A stretch of 64,000 nucleotides of DNA from Octopus bimaculoides (lineage: Eukaryota), in contig NC_068981.1 in the NCBI RefSeq assembly GCF_001194135.2, positions 192,661,854 to 192,725,853 on the forward strand. The letters run 5' to 3'. The notes below the pieces were generated by a model that saw only the letters and a list, made by a program, of their open reading frames with translations, was not told the DNA's origin and ran no database searches. The first letter of the stretch is position 1; every line of letters starts with the position of its first letter. Of this stretch, positions 24,701 through 38,593 are shown piece after piece. The position numbers and the translations under genes were made by a program.

Positions 24701-25469
24701 GTTTGAAGATGGGAAAATTAGAGATATTTTTATTAATTAAAGAATTTACTTTAAATTAAATTAGCTTATCTAGTGAATTGATTAGAAAATATAGATTAAT
24801 GAAGCAGAACTAAAATGAAATAAAACATTAAGGATTAATATAAACCTATAAGGATGAATAAAATTTATTTGTTTAACATTCGTTTTTCCAAGCTTGAAAA
24901 GAATTAGACATAGAGTTACTGGAGAAGGTGGGCTGGAGTCTGTGGATGGATGCTCCTCCTGTCACTAACTCTTACCTGTTTTCCAAGTAGGGATTTCTTT
25001 ATTCCATAGTTTTTGAAAGTGTAGAATGACCAGTCATAATGTCAAAAAGGAATTCTTAAACATCAGCATGCATGCATGCACATGCGAGTGCACACACACA
25101 CACACACACACACACGCACGCACACATTGCTGCTTCACATCATCAGACATCCCCCTGCTCTTCCACTCACTCCTAGTACCCCTGCCCCACTCATTCCTAT
25201 CCACTTTGTGCCATAAAGGTCCACACTGATACCTCATCCTCACGTTTTTATCACTTTCCATCACCAACCCTCCTAAAATGTGAGTTGTCATGACTACAGC
25301 AAGAAACTCTTCTCTGGCCCTTCCTCTCACACCTTAACCCTCTCCACTCCTTATTCTCCCCTCTCAGGGTTTATAGTCTTGGACAGCATGGTGGCCTCAC
25401 TTGTACTGGTAGCATGAAAAGAAGGATGCTGGAGAGCAAAAAGATTAAAGTTGTAGTTAAGAAAAAGTT

Positions 25470-26100
25470 AACTGACATGGATGACTGGAAACTATCTGAT
25501 TATTGGAAAAGAGTTGCATATGTCATGATGATTTGCACAGTGTGTCAAAATGCCGACACCATGACTACTGCTCAATACTCTGTAAACATTGTAAAGGCTG
25601 TAAGATGTGACATGGACTGCTGCAATGGAGACTTTGAAGTTGTGGCCAGCAGAAAGGGATACAGCAGGATTTCTGATTGTGTCTGCATGATGGAATTCGC
25701 CTCTACATCTTTGGCTCAATTCAGATGACTAAGTGGAACTGTTAGGTCTGTGGTCAATCCCTGGCAGGAGAGAGTTGCTGCTGGAAGGCCATATGTATGG
25801 CAGCAAGATTCAACTCCTTACCATAGCTCCAGAAAGGGTCAGAAGTGCTTGTCAGAGAATCTTTATGACTTCATTAGCCCCATTTTCTGGGATCCTAACC
25901 ACTCTGCCTGCAGCACCAAGGTTGAGCTGGTGGTCAAGATCAAGGAGGTGTTTGAAGATCTTCCCAGGGACATAGTGAGGAATGCATGCACCAGGTTCCA
26001 GATCCATCTTGAGGCCATGGTGGAAACTGAGTGTGGCTACTTTGAGTAAACTTATCTCCAAGCCATAATCTAGTTGATACTTTTTGATTAAAAAAAATTT
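25470..26100 (+). pseudogene. Internally deleted maT-like (DD37D) transposase remnant
   Basis: N-terminal WKRVAYVMMI..QYSVNIVKAVR..VASRKGYSRISDCV fused to VNPWQERVAAGRPYVWQQDSTPYHSSRK...KIKEVFEDLPRDIVRNACTRF. The WPPNSPD third-D block is deleted. Confidence 0.8.
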
Positions 26101-26139
26101 TAGGTGACCAAATTGACTTTAGAACTTATTTTCTTTTTA

Positions 26140-26405
26140 AGCCTGGTACTAATTCTATTGGTCTTTTTTGCCAAATTGCTAAGTTAGGGATTGTAAAACA
26201 CCAACACATCAGTTGTTAAGAAGTGGTCACACACACACACACACACACACACGATGGGCTTCTTTCATTTTCTATTCACCAAATCTGCTCACAAAGATTT
26301 AGTTGATCTGAGGCTATAGCAGAAGATGCTTGTCCAAAGTGCCACGCCGTGAGAGTGAACCTGGAACCATGTGGTTGGGAGGCAAGCTTTTTACCACACA
26401 GCCAT
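26140..26405 (-). mobile_element. SINE family B
   Basis: Reverse complement of head plus part of tail 1. Confidence 0.8.
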
Positions 26406-26956
26406 GCTGGAATACAGAGGAAATAGTAATGGGATTGAAGAATTTCAACATAATAGGATGGGCTAAAAAGGAGCTAAAAAAGAGCTGAAAATGTAAAGTA
26501 GTTTTGGCTAAAAAGATAAAGCATATTGGGTTAAAAATTAAAATAGATTGGGCTACAAAGGTGAAGTACATTGGACTAAACAGGGGCCTAGAAAAGAGTT
26601 GGCGATGTAAAGTAGGTGAGCAAAAAAGTTTAAGTATGTTAGGTTAAAAAAGGGGCTGCAAAGTTAAAATTGTTTGAATTAAAAAAAGAAATATTGAAAA
26701 ATAAAAATTTGAAGACATGGGACTATGCAAATATAAAATTTAGAAATTTAGTCTAATGCAGGTTAAAAGAGCCCCCAAAATACTGATAAAGAGGGGAAAA
26801 GTAAATACTGATCAAAGAATTTAAATCAAATTAGAATATCTGATTAAAACATCTTTTAGCATACATAGCGGAAATTATTACAATTTATTTTCAGATTTCT
26901 ATCTCTATGCACAGAATTTTTATAATTTCATTTATCCATCAATGCAGTCATTAACA

Positions 26957-26992
<36 letters not shown>

Positions 26993-26994
26993 CG

Positions 26995-27160
26995 CCATGT
27001 GTTGAGAGGAATTCTTTGGGATTTGAATAATTCACCTTTGGAAACATGGGTGTTTTGCTCAACATCCTTAAACAAACCTTATTCAGGGACCTTTTGAGTG
27101 GGATGGGCTACTTGACCTGAAGAAAATTCTAACTGGGCCCCACCTGCAAGGTAATGCACA
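26995..27160 (-). mobile_element. Fragment of repeat family F ((AAT)n-associated)
   Basis: High similarity to 55040-55195 (gttgagaggaattctttg...gacctgaagaaaattctaactgg). Confidence 0.75.
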
Positions 27161-27661
27161 GGAAATGTGTCAAGTTCAACAGGAAACAGTGTTTCCTAGG
27201 GCTAAATAACAGTAGCATTCTTCCCTTTTATGGGACTGTCACATTAAGTTGACAACATGCTATCACTTTATTGTGCTGCTACTGCATAAATCCCTCTGAG
27301 AGATTTAGAACTATATTATTTCTATCATTCATGCTGTTGTTCAATACATTTGCATTTGACATTTTCAGTTATTGAGAAGTTTGTGGTGATGAGGTGATGT
27401 AACCAGTGGTGTTTTTATTGAAACACCGTCTCTAGTGGGGTTACTGATCAAGCTTAAAGAGCCCCACACACACATCCCCCCCCCCCCCACGAGGCAGTCT
27501 TAACCCTGCCAGATGCCAACCTGATATTTCATGGTATCAGGGTGGCCTAACAGGTACTAGCCTAAAGGTGACCTGAAGATAGTTATAGTTAAGTGTAATC
27601 ACATTATTCCCATGTTGAGACTCCACAACTGGATGCAGTCTAACATCATATTCATACAACA

Positions 27662-27716
<55 letters not shown>

Positions 27717-28019
27717 TGCTTCTCCTGTTGTTGCTGGTGATGGTGGTGGTGGTGGTGGTGGCTGCTCTCTAGTTGTAAACTGTATTGTTACTTTTGGAGT
27801 TCTTGCTGTCTTATTATTTTCCTCGTTCTGGTTTATCTCCTGAAGCCACGATGGTTCTGTTGTCATTGTTGTTCTTTCTGTAGCCGTTGCTGCTGTTTTC
27901 GTTTTCCTCCTCGTCTTAGCTGCTCTCTCTGTTCACGTGGCTTATCTGTCGTTGCCATTGTTGTTATTATTAGACTTGTTGTTGTTGTTCTTGTCTTTGA
28001 GGTCACTATCTTCCGTAGC

Positions 28020-28200
28020 CAGAGAAAAAAGGGATTGGCAGGTTTCAGCCAGCGAAGAGAGTTGTATTAATTTTAAAATCTGCTCTATTGAGAACAACAA
28101 GGATTGTAAGAAAGGTCCTCAATATCTAAGGAAACTGGTTGTGGCTCAGTATCAAGGACATTGGTTCCGATCGTAGAACGTTTGTGCACACCATGAATAA
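28020..28200 (+). pseudogene. 3' end of an RLE-type (R4/Dong-like) LINE
   Basis: EKKGIGRF...LILKSALLRTTRIVRKVLNI*, resembling the LQK-ALLGTARI-RKVL terminus of RLE LINEs. Confidence 0.6.
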
Positions 28201-28269
28201 TAACGATGCCACTGCCACCACCGCCGCCGCAACAGCCGCTGCCGATGACGACGACAACAACAACAACGA

Positions 28270-28445
28270 TAATCCTTTCTATTATAGGCACAAGGTCTGA
28301 AATTTGTGGGGTGTGGGTTGTCAATTACATCAACCCTAGTGCTCAACTTGTACTTATTTCAATGATTCCAAAATGATGAAAGGCAAAGTTGATCTTGGTG
28401 ACTTTTGAATGCAACATAAAATCAGGAAAAATGCCATTAAGCATT
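28270..28445 (-). mobile_element. SINE family E
   Basis: aatcctttctattataggcacaaggtctgaaattt...aaaggcaaagttgatcttggtgacttttgaa. Confidence 0.7.
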
Positions 28446-29149
28446 TTGTTATAAGCTTATCGTAGCTTAATATATTCAGTGCTCAGGTGTACCACGCTTT
28501 CTTTATTATTCTCCCTCATTATGGGCACTGTTTATAGTGGAAGTGATCGTTTGTCCCCATGCCAAAGTCTCAGGTATCATATATTTATTACCTTGACTCT
28601 TTTCCTTTCCTGAGACTCTGTATAAGAGATTGCATCAGAGCTGCATCTCTTTATTACCCTCTACAATCACACTTATTCTCATAATATTGTCATCTATCAC
28701 TGTCCTAACTGTAAATTAACTGCATTGATAAATGGTTATAAATTAACTGTTGACAAGCATGCGTACACACACACACACACACACACACACATGCACACGT
28801 CAGGCTTTCTTCACACACACATTCTTACATTCACAGAAATACATGCATAAACACCCACCTGAAGTGACAGAGTCATTCACATTTTATACGAACTTCAAGA
28901 TATTAACGAGAAGCATGTTGTAGACTGCATGGTGGCAGAATTCTGGAATTATTTTGCAACCATCAAATATGAAATATTTTAATGTGTAATTCTGCAGTCA
29001 TTTTATGCATGCTCACATGTTAACACACTTGCATGTGAGCATGTATTCATACACAGGTATACATACATACATACATACATTATATACATATAAAAATACA
29101 TATCTGTGTGTGTATATACATATAAATGTATGTATGTATGCATGTATGT

Positions 29150-29760
29150 CATTCAGTTTTGTTTCAAGATTTCTTGCCAACAAAGAACCAGTTTCTAACC
29201 TAGATCCAAGGCTCCGTCATTGGCATTTCAACATCAACAACAGGGTATTTTTGCTTGTATGTATGTATGTGCAGATTTGTATGTTTTATGTATGCATTCT
29301 CATGCATATAGTTGCATATCTAGACATGCTCATATACATTTAAATGAAAAACTTCTGGAAGGTTTTACAGATTTTTACAGCTCCAGTGATGGATTAGATC
29401 TGTAGTCTTCAAATTAGTTTTCTCCTTTCAGATTTTGAGAAGCCTAATTTCTCAAGATTGGTATTTAGGCAGTGTGTTACATATCCCAGGGCCCCAATAA
29501 TTACAGGTATAAACCTGAAATTGTAATCTGGATAGAGTAACTGCAGATATCTCAATAGTTCAGAGTAGGTATTATCTTTTTTACTGATCTTCAGCTTTAT
29601 GTTAACATATACTGGGCAACTAATTTCTACAACTGTACAGTTTCTCTTCTCTACCTCAAATCATTATATCAGGTCTTTTGTGTCTACATTTTATTGAGGT
29701 CATCACTGGGACATTCTACCAGTATTCCCTTTTATTATGAGTGGTTATGGTTTCTACTTT
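29150..29760 (-). pseudogene. 3' end of an RLE-type LINE (R2/NeSL/CRE-like) with 3'UTR and (CATA)n tail
   Basis: CTVVEISCP..NIKLKI..K.NTYSELLRYLQLLYPDYNFRFIPVIIGALGYVTHCL...SITGAVKICKTFQKF. The 3'UTR also matches 6300-6390. Confidence 0.8.
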
Positions 29761-29789
29761 GAGCGAGAGGCCCCTTGTCACCAGGAGGG

Positions 29790-29955
29790 GTAGAAGCTAT
29801 CTGAACTTTGCCCAGACTATTCTTATTCTAGTGGTAACACTCTCTGAGCATCCACTCCCACTACTACCTTGGTCACCTAGGTAGTAGAAGCTATCAACTA
29901 CTTCTAGTTTCTCACCCTGGCATGTGATGGAATCAGTTTTCTGAACATCTGTAGT
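29790..29955 (-). pseudogene. RTE-clade LINE RT fragment
   Basis: QGEKLEVVDSFYYLGDQGSSGSGCSESVTTRIRIVWAKFR, a post-YADD RT segment typical of RTE elements. Confidence 0.85.
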
Positions 29956-29962
29956 GTTTATA

Positions 29963-30028
<66 letters not shown>

Positions 30029-30633
30029 ATAATATTAGGGACAAAATCCAAAATTACAGGTAAAAAACTCAATTAAAATCAATTTATAAANNNNNNNNNN
30101 NNNNNNNNNNNNNNNNNNNNNNNNNNNNNNNNNNNNNNNNNNNNNNNNNNNNNNNNNNNNNNNNNNNNNNNNNNNNNNNNNNNNNNNNNNNNNNNNNNNN
30201 NNNNNNNNNNNNNNNNNNNNNNNNNNNNNNNNNNNNNNNNNNNNNNNNNNNNNNNNNNNNNNNNNNNNNNNNNNNNNNNNNNNNNNNNNNNNNNNNNNNN
30301 NNNNNNNNNNNNNNNNNNNNNNNNNNNNNNNNNNNNNNNNNNNNNNNNNNNNNNNNNNNNNNNNNNNNNNNNNNNNNNNNNNNNNNNNNNNNNNNNNNNN
30401 NNNNNNNNNNNNNNNNNNNNNNNNNNNNNNNNNNNNNNNNNNNNNNNNNNNNNNNNNNNNNNNNNNNNNNNNNNNNNNNNNNNNNNNNNNNNNNNNNNNN
30501 NNNNNNNNNNNNNNNNNNNNNNNNNNNNNNNNNNNNNNNNNNNNNNNNNNNNNNNNNNNNNNNNNNNNNNNNNNNNNNNNNNNNNNNNNNNNNNNNNNNN
30601 NNNNNNNNNNNNNNNNNNNNNNNNNNNNNNNNN

Positions 30634-30739
30634 AAAGAAATAGAAACTTCAAACTCGATATATCCAAGATCGATTTATTTACCACTCTATGTCAACATTT
30701 CGATCTTGGATATATCGAGTTTGAAGTTTCTATTTCTTT
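30634..30739. repeat. Perfect 40-bp inverted repeat with 26-bp spacer
   Basis: 30634-30673 is the exact reverse complement of 30700-30739. Confidence 0.9.
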
Positions 30740-30771
30740 TAAATATACGAATTTAAAAGTTAAAAACCTTG

Positions 30772-30806
<35 letters not shown>

Positions 30807-31361
30807 GGGTGGTGTGTTGTGTTCTTGAGCAGAACCCATTACGTCACTTTGCTCTGTGATCACTTTGACACCTAACACATGGTACACTGTGCACCCTTTC
30901 AGGCAATGTCAATTTGATAGACGTAATGAGTTAATGTACTGCACATACATTTGATCACTCTAAACAAATTATCTGAGCAGGGTGTTCAGCTAAAGCTGAA
31001 TAGCCACATGTTGTCTTTGATAGGAGAATCCATCATAACATGTGTGTGGGTGGGTGTTTTTGTGTGTGTGTGGGTGTGTGTTTTTGTGTGTGTATATACA
31101 TACACATACATGTAAGTGTACATACTTATATTTGTCAATAGGGGATGAAAAGTATATATATATTTACAAATACACACACTTATGCACTCATATATACTCA
31201 CTCACACACACAAATTAAACACAATGATGTTTATTCATTTCATGTTAACCTTGGATGTAGTCTACTTCCTGTCATTCAAACTCAGCTCCTGGTAAATCAA
31301 TTGTTTTTAATGTTTTATATATACATAAACACACATGCACATATATGTTTGTGTGTGTGTG

Positions 31362-31408
<47 letters not shown>

Positions 31409-31849
31409 TTATCTATCTTTTTATTTATCTATATGTATATGTATATAGTGTATCATATGTGTACAAGTAGATTTACGACTCGTACTGTTAAGTTTAGAAC
31501 TCCACACGGATTATCATAGTCTAGTCTGCTACTAGTGAAGTGGTTAAACAACTGTTATACCTTGTAATGTTACTAGTTATGAAATACAGACCAAATGCAG
31601 GAGAAATTACAATAAACACAAATTTATATCATTTGTTTTTATTTGCTTGTTCACTTTTTGTTTTTCTTTTCTTTTTGCTTTTTGCTTTTCTCTCATGATT
31701 TCTCTTGCACCAGTGTCCTGTTTTGCAAAATGAATAAACAATGTGCTCAGCATCTAAAGATTGCTTGGAGACACAAGGCATGTTATGTAAACACACCAAG
31801 ACCCTTGCCTTCAAAGCATGAAACTATTAACAGCTTGTATCTTTATTCA

Positions 31850-32040
31850 GCATCATCATCATCTAACATCTGTTTTCCATGTTGGCACGGGATTGGATGG
31901 CTTGACAAGAACTAGCAAGACCGACCAGGGGCTGCAACAGGTTTCATAGTCTGTTTTGGTTTGATTTCTATGGTTGGATGCCCTTATGTCAACCACTTTA
32001 CAAGAGAGTACTGGGAGCTTTTTTACACAGCACTATCATC
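31850..32040 (-). mobile_element. SINE family A, degenerate
   Basis: catcatcatctaacatctgttttccatgttggcacggg...ggatgccc. Confidence 0.7.
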
Positions 32041-32064
32041 AGTGATTGTGATATGTGTGTGTGT

Positions 32065-32462
32065 GTGTGGCTGTGTTGTAAGAAGCTTACTTCTCAACGA
32101 CATGGTTCCAGGTTCAGCCCCACTGCATGGCACCTTTGGCAGATGTCTTCTAGTACAGCCTTGGGCTGACCAAAGCTTTGTAAATGGATTTGTAGACGGA
32201 AACTGAAAGAAGCCCATCGTCTGTATGTATATATTTATGTGTGTGTGTTTGTGTCTGTGTTTGTCTCCTACCCCCATCATCACTTGACAATCGATGTAGG
32301 TGTGTTTACGTCCCCGTAACTTAGCAGTCTGGCAAAAAGAGACTGATAGAATAAGCACCAGGCTTACAAAGAATAAGTCCAAAGGTTGATTTCTTCAACT
32401 AAAAAGTGGTGCTCCAGCATGGCTGAAGTCAAATGACTGAAACAAGTAAAAGAATAAAAGAA
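32065..32462 (+). mobile_element. Full-length SINE family B
   Basis: Head, linker, tail 1 and gtaaaagaataaaagaa end. Confidence 0.9.
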
Positions 32463-33032
32463 TATATATATATATTTATCTATATTTTATTACTTTGTTT
32501 CAATGTATATCATCATCATCATCATCATTAACCTGATATTAAATGATGAAGATGAGGATATATAGTGAAACAAAATAATAAAGTAAAAATGAATAAAAAA
32601 ATAAATACAGCCAAGACATAGTGAAAGAGGAAGAGAGAAAGAGAGCACATGAAAGAGGGTGGGGGGGGAGTAAGAGGTTATATAAAAAGGAGTGTTTCCA
32701 ACGGGATAGTCTGTTAACACATTGATTGAAACCAACAGAAAATGGAAATGGAATATAAGCCTAAATATACGTAGATTCAAGAATATGGATAGGTCATGAC
32801 CTTTCAGACCCTAAGTGTCCAAAGGTGAATTTGTTTATTTCAAATATGTCCCTTCATTTCTCTTTCTCTGCCCTTTGCTTTCTTTCTGTTCCCCATTTAG
32901 CCACCTGAAGACTTTAGTTCTCTGTAAAATAATGCAATAAAGTGTCCTCTGGATGATCTGTTGCAGTTAAGCATCCAATGCAGAGTTCCAAATAGGCACA
33001 ATGTCAGAAACAAATGATATAAACACTTGTGT

Positions 33033-33074
<42 letters not shown>

Positions 33075-34820
33075 GTATATATATCTATATCTANNNNNNN
33101 NNNNNNNNNNNNNNNNNNNNNNNNNNNNNNNNNNNNNNNNNNNNNNNNNNNNNNNNNNNNNNNNNNNNNNNNNNNNNNNNNNNNNNNNNNNNNNNNNNNN
33201 NNNNNNNNNNNNNNNNNNNNNNNNNNNNNNNNNNNNNNNNNNNNNNNNNNNNNNNNNNNNNNNNNNNNNNNNNNNNNNNNNNNNNNNNNNNNNNNNNNNN
33301 NNNNNNNNNNNNNNNNNNNNNNNNNNNNNNNNNNNNNNNNNNNNNNNNNNNNNNNNNNNNNNNNNNNNNNNNNNNNNNNNNNNNNNNNNNNNNNNNNNNN
33401 NNNNNNNNNNNNNNNNNNNNNNNNNNNNNNNNNNNNNNNNNNNNNNNNNNNNNNNNNNNNNNNNNNNNNNNNNNNNNNNNNNNNNNNNNNNNNNNNNNNN
33501 NNNNNNNNNNNNNNNNNNNNNNNNNNNNNNNNNNNNNNNNNNNNNNNNNNNNNNNNNNNNNNNNNNNNNNNNNNNNNNNNNNNNNNNNNNNNNNNNNNNN
33601 NNNNNNNNNNNNNNNNNNNNNNNNNNNNNNNNNNNNNNNNNNNNNNNNNNNNNNNNNNNNNNNNNNNNNNNNNNNNNNNNNNNNNNNNNNNNNNNNNNNN
33701 NNNNNNNNNNNNNNNNNNNNNNNNNNNNNNNNNNNNNNNNNNNNNNNNNNNNNNNNNNNNNNNNNNNNNNNNNNNNNNNNNNNNNNNNNNNNNNNNNNNN
33801 NNNNNNNNNNNNNNNNNNNNNNNNNNNNNNNNNNNNNNNNNNNNNNNNNNNNNNNNNNNNNNNNNNNNNNNNNNNNNNNNNNNNNNNNNNNNNNNNNNNN
33901 NNNNNNNNNNNNNNNNNNNNNNNNNNNNNNNNNNNNNNNNNNNNNNNNNNNNNNATATATATATATATATATATATATATCAATAATATTAATATGCTAA
34001 CTTTTTGTTTTTTATGTACCTGTTGTGTGCGTCACATTTACTTTAAAGAAGTTGCAAAGCAAGAGAGAGGAGGACAGAGAGGGAGTAAGAGAAAGAGAGA
34101 GAGAGAGAAAGTGAGAGAGTGAGAGAGACAGTGAGTGGTGACGGCGTTTGTTTTGTGTTTTTAAGTGTTTATCACATCTCAAGAGAAGTAGATACATATA
34201 CACATTGTTATATAAAAAGCAGGAGAGAAGAGTGACAAAGAGGAAGAGAGAAAGGGAGAGAGACAGTAGATACATAAATCCAAAGAAAATTTCATAGATA
34301 GATACAGAGACACAGCAAATATTGGCTGTCAATTTCACTTTTCATTACCACATGAGGATAAAATTAACTCACAAATGGCTGAGTACTCCACTGACATGCA
34401 TATAACATTAATGTAGTTCTCAGGGAGATTCAGCCTCACACAGAATATGACAAGGCTGGCCTCCAGCTACAACTTGAGACATATCAATATGAATGTATTT
34501 GTATGTGTGTATTGTATAGGTTAGTTAAAACATGTTTGCAATAATAAGTGTCGCGTGGTGGAAATAAATGCAATTACCAAACTTTCATTCATAAATCCAT
34601 TTATTATTTCATTCTTTTGCATTTCAATTTGTACATTTGTACCCAAATATTTTCAACAACTGCACACCAGAAGAAATAGAAAAACGAGTAATTTTATCTC
34701 TTGCAATAAATAAAAGTTCTTAATATCATACTTATTTTAATATCATCAAGCAAACCTCTTCTTCAGAAACAGAGGAAAGTCCAATAGAAAAGAAAGTTGA
34801 AGGAAGAAAAATCACGAACG

Positions 34821-34870
<50 letters not shown>

Positions 34871-35149
34871 NNNNNNNNNNNNNNNNNNNNNNNNNNNNNN
34901 NNNNNNNNNNNNNNNNNNNNNNNNNNNNNNNNNNNNNNNNNNNNNNNNNNNNNNNNNNNNNNNNNNNNNNNNNNNNNNNNNNNNNNNNNNNNNNNNNNNN
35001 NNNNNNNNNNNNNNNNNNNNNNNNNNNNNNNNNNNNNNNNNNNNNNNNNNNNNNNNNNNNNNNNNNNNNNNNNNNNNNNNNNNNNNNNNNNNNNNNNNNN
35101 NNNNNGTGTTTTCGTACACAGAAATTAAAAGATGACTGGTATATGTATG

Positions 35150-35372
35150 CATATATTTGTGTGTGTGTGTGTGTCTGTGTGTCTGTACCCCTACCATCAC
35201 TTGACAACTGATGTTTCTGTGTTTACATCCCTGTAACTTAACGGCTTGGCAAAAGACATCAATAGAGTAAGTACTAGGCTTACAAAGAATGAATCCTGAG
35301 GTCAATTTGTTCAACTAAAGGCGGTGCTCCAGCATGGCTGCAGTCACATGACTGAAACAAGTAAAACAATAA
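35150..35372 (+). mobile_element. SINE family B tail 1
   Basis: catcacttgacaactgatg...gcggtgctccagcatggctgcagtc..tgactgaaacaagtaaaa. Confidence 0.85.
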
Positions 35373-35789
35373 AAAAACTATGCCATTTTAATCCTGAGCA
35401 ACACCAGGTGTATCTGCTAGCACATAATAAATAGCCATGATGACAGATTTATGGAACAACACAAGTTCCTATGGATCCATTAAGCAAAGCTCTGTCACCC
35501 TCATTGAAAGAATATGGCAAAAAAGGATATTCTATTGCAGTGTTTACAAATACAAAGGTTTAGGGGAGGATACAGTGGGAGTTGGGTAAGAAAAACTAGA
35601 AGGATGGAAGGGAATAGGGAGAACTTGCCAAATCCTGTTTTTACAAATTGTAATTCACTCAATCTTCATCCTCTCCTTCCTCTTTTACTGATGTGATGGA
35701 CTTTTCCCTTGTATTCCTTGTATGATAGCCATATTCATCTGTTTTCCTTTGGTACTTACTGTCCCCAACTATTGTCTACACTTTGGCAG

Positions 35790-36122
35790 ACCACCATGGT
35801 GGTGCCAGTGGCATGTGAAAAGACATTTGAGTGAGATCGTTGCCAGTGTCGATGGACTGGCTCCTGTGCAGGTGGCACGTAAAACACACCATTTCGAGCA
35901 TGGCCGTTGCCAGTTCTGCCTGACTGGCCCTCGTGCCAGTGGCACATAAAACACCCACTACACTCTCGGAGTGGTTGGCGTTAGGAAGGACATCCAGCTG
36001 TAGAAACTCTGCCAAATCAGATTGGAGCCTGGTGTCGCCTCCTGGTCCACCAGTCCTCAGTCAAATCGTCCAACCCATACTAGCATGGAAAGCGGACGTT
36101 AAACGATGATGATGATGATGAT
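35790..36122 (+). mobile_element. SINE family A with internal tandem units
   Basis: Three ggtggcacgtaaaa-type units, core and (GAT)n tail. Confidence 0.85.
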
Positions 36123-36899
36123 GAATATCTCTCTCTGAATTTTTGTTAAAGAATTTATGACATCTACATGATCAAGGGAAGTACAAATGTATGAGTCCTG
36201 GGAAATATTTTTACTTTATTAGAAATGACAATTAAAGAAAAAGTAAATGATTTTCCTTTTTTTTATTTACATTTGAGTGATTGTTATTCATGTTTCAAAA
36301 TTTTACCTTGCAGAGAAATTTTACATGTAGTAAAATTTTACATTTTACTACACAGAATGTCTGAGCTAGTCTCAAAATGCTGACATGAAGATCAATACTT
36401 TTTGAAACAGTTTCAACTATAGGTGGGCTGGATTTCCATGCATCATTCATCAAAGAAAAAAAAACAAAACAAAACTCTTTTATGACATACATTTTACAAA
36501 ATTTATCTCATAAAACTTGTTATAACAAATTTTTAATACTATCATGATACGATTTAGTCTTAGAATCCATTCTTTACAAAACATTTGTAATAATAAGTGT
36601 TTTTGATGTAGCTGCTTAGGGATTTTCAAACCATAGCAGAATGATTAAATAGCTTTCTTGGAGATATTTGTAAGTTTTTAGGTTTAAAATAATATGCAGG
36701 AAAGTAATAATCCTAATATTAGTATTTACTGAGATTTTTAGATTAAATTCTCAAAAGTTTTTTTTTCCTACTGATTAGAGAGGTGAGATATGATCCGATC
36801 ATCGTCTCTATATAGACCTAAACAATTGTACTAGATTATCGTGTCTCTGCATGCCAAAACAATTGTATCCAAACTAGATATTTATAGATAACAATCACA

Positions 36900-37900
36900 T
36901 CCGAAAACAAAGCATTATTATGGCTGTCAGTTATCTTTTGTTGAATTCACTCACTGTTTAGCTACGTGTTAATGTACAAGTTTTATTCCTAAAAAAAAAA
37001 AAAAATAGTTTTGTTATTTTATATTTATTTTACACAAGTCTGACGCCTACCCAACTTGTGTCCATGTGATTCTTTCTTACAAACATTATAGCAGCAGATT
37101 TCGTAGAGTTTCCTTCTTTCACTGCTGGTAAGTAGCTACCTTCTCTGTGGACTCCTTACACACACAAAATTGGTCAAACTATTTCCACGTGTCAAAGTTT
37201 TCTATAACCCCTCCCCAGCTCTAACGACAAAGCTAAAGCTGACCGTAGAATTTTGTCAGTTATTTTCATCTTTGCTTTGAATAAATTATAACGAAAACTT
37301 GTTTCAGACTGGGAGACAACAATGTTTGTAAAACTGCAGACTATAGTAACAAGCTATTAGGTTACATTACAGTTTACTTGGAAGTACTTTTATTTTAAAG
37401 CTATTTTATTTTAATGTTTTATCGTAGAAACTTATCTAAGCTCTAATCTTTAAAATACTTAACAATTGTAATAAAAACTGAAATTTTTGTAAAAAAAAGC
37501 AGTTTTATTTTGTTGTCTGATGAAATCTGGTTATATTATCAGAAGGAGATTGTTTTCGTTATCACCGTCTGTGGCGGATATTCGTTAATCAGGTGTGGTA
37601 AAGGTAAGTGAACGGGAATTGTTATTTTTACTTGATTTCCAGTTGATAGATAACGGTCACAACTAGTGACACAGCAACTAGGATATCATAGTTACAGAAA
37701 TACAATGATTAACAACACAGTAAACGAGTGATTACCATTAACTCGGGACATTCATAGATGTGACTGTGGACACAAGATTTACTGACGACAAACCAGCAGC
37801 CAAGGTTTGCTCTGTTTATCTTATTTTCTTTATTTAACCTACCTCGGTGACAATCATGTTTATTGGCGGTAAATTGAATATATGAGAGAAGAGACACTAT
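36900..37900. promoter_or_regulatory. Candidate (possibly bidirectional) promoter / first-exon region
   Basis: Repeat-free, CpG-retaining unique DNA with consensus donors facing both ways: + GTAAGT at 37128 and 37604; minus GTGAGT at 36954-36949 and GTAAGA at 37080-37075. Inference only. Confidence 0.3.
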
Positions 37901-38105
37901 CATGTCTTTTATACTTCGTCTTTTACTGTCTAGACGTTTATGTTGATTCCCAGTCGGATTAACGATGAAACAATTTAACAGAATAACTCGGTTTATACTT
38001 TCATATTCATAGAAGAGATGTTCATTGCATCTTCTTTAAAGAAACCAATATTCTCAATATGTCGTTAATTTCATATATTTCTTTAATGTCAATAAAAACA
38101 TATAA

Positions 38106-38136
<31 letters not shown>

Positions 38137-38552
38137 ACGATATTATTTCCAAAAACTTTTGTCTCATGTTAACCTTCCCTTATATTTCTACAAGCTGTTT
38201 TGTAGTACAACGTTGCATTCCATAGCAGGCCATGTCGTTATCTAATAACTAAGGAAGGACCTTTTCTAATATCTATCCTCAACGAATCCTATATTTGTTG
38301 TAGTTCTTCCAGTGAAAATACCCCCAAACATTCTCTCTGTGGCCAATACTCCTTTGTACACTCTTGTCGTGACCTCTTTATCTTCCATTGAAAGGCGTCA
38401 TCACAATTTTTACTGTAAACAACGAAACTTTTTTTTTCATCATTTTGTTTCTCGTGTAATGAAGCTTCGACACATTGCTGTTAATACGGCATTATGTTAA
38501 ACAGCGGAAGTTTGAATGTATATATGAATATTTTAATGGTATATATATGAAT

Positions 38553-38593
<41 letters not shown>

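Noticed and set aside
28866-28982. Protein-like plus frame RVIHILYELQDINEKHVVDCMVAEFWNYFATIKYEIF*
   Set aside because: Weak acceptor, no partner exon, and no recognised homology.
29432-29506. Textbook-looking plus-strand symmetric exon (DFEKPNFSRLVFRQCVTYPRAPIIT)
   Set aside because: It is the antisense of an RLE-LINE endonuclease (FIPVIIGALGYV). This shows that the other exon calls here can be false positives.
13893-32940. Chain of plus-strand micro-exons (17042-17070, 22721-22775, 23371-23401, 27367-27391, ~28487-28569, ~32901-32940)
   Set aside because: They can be joined in phase, but all are short, the product resembles nothing, and such sites arise by chance in AT-rich DNA.
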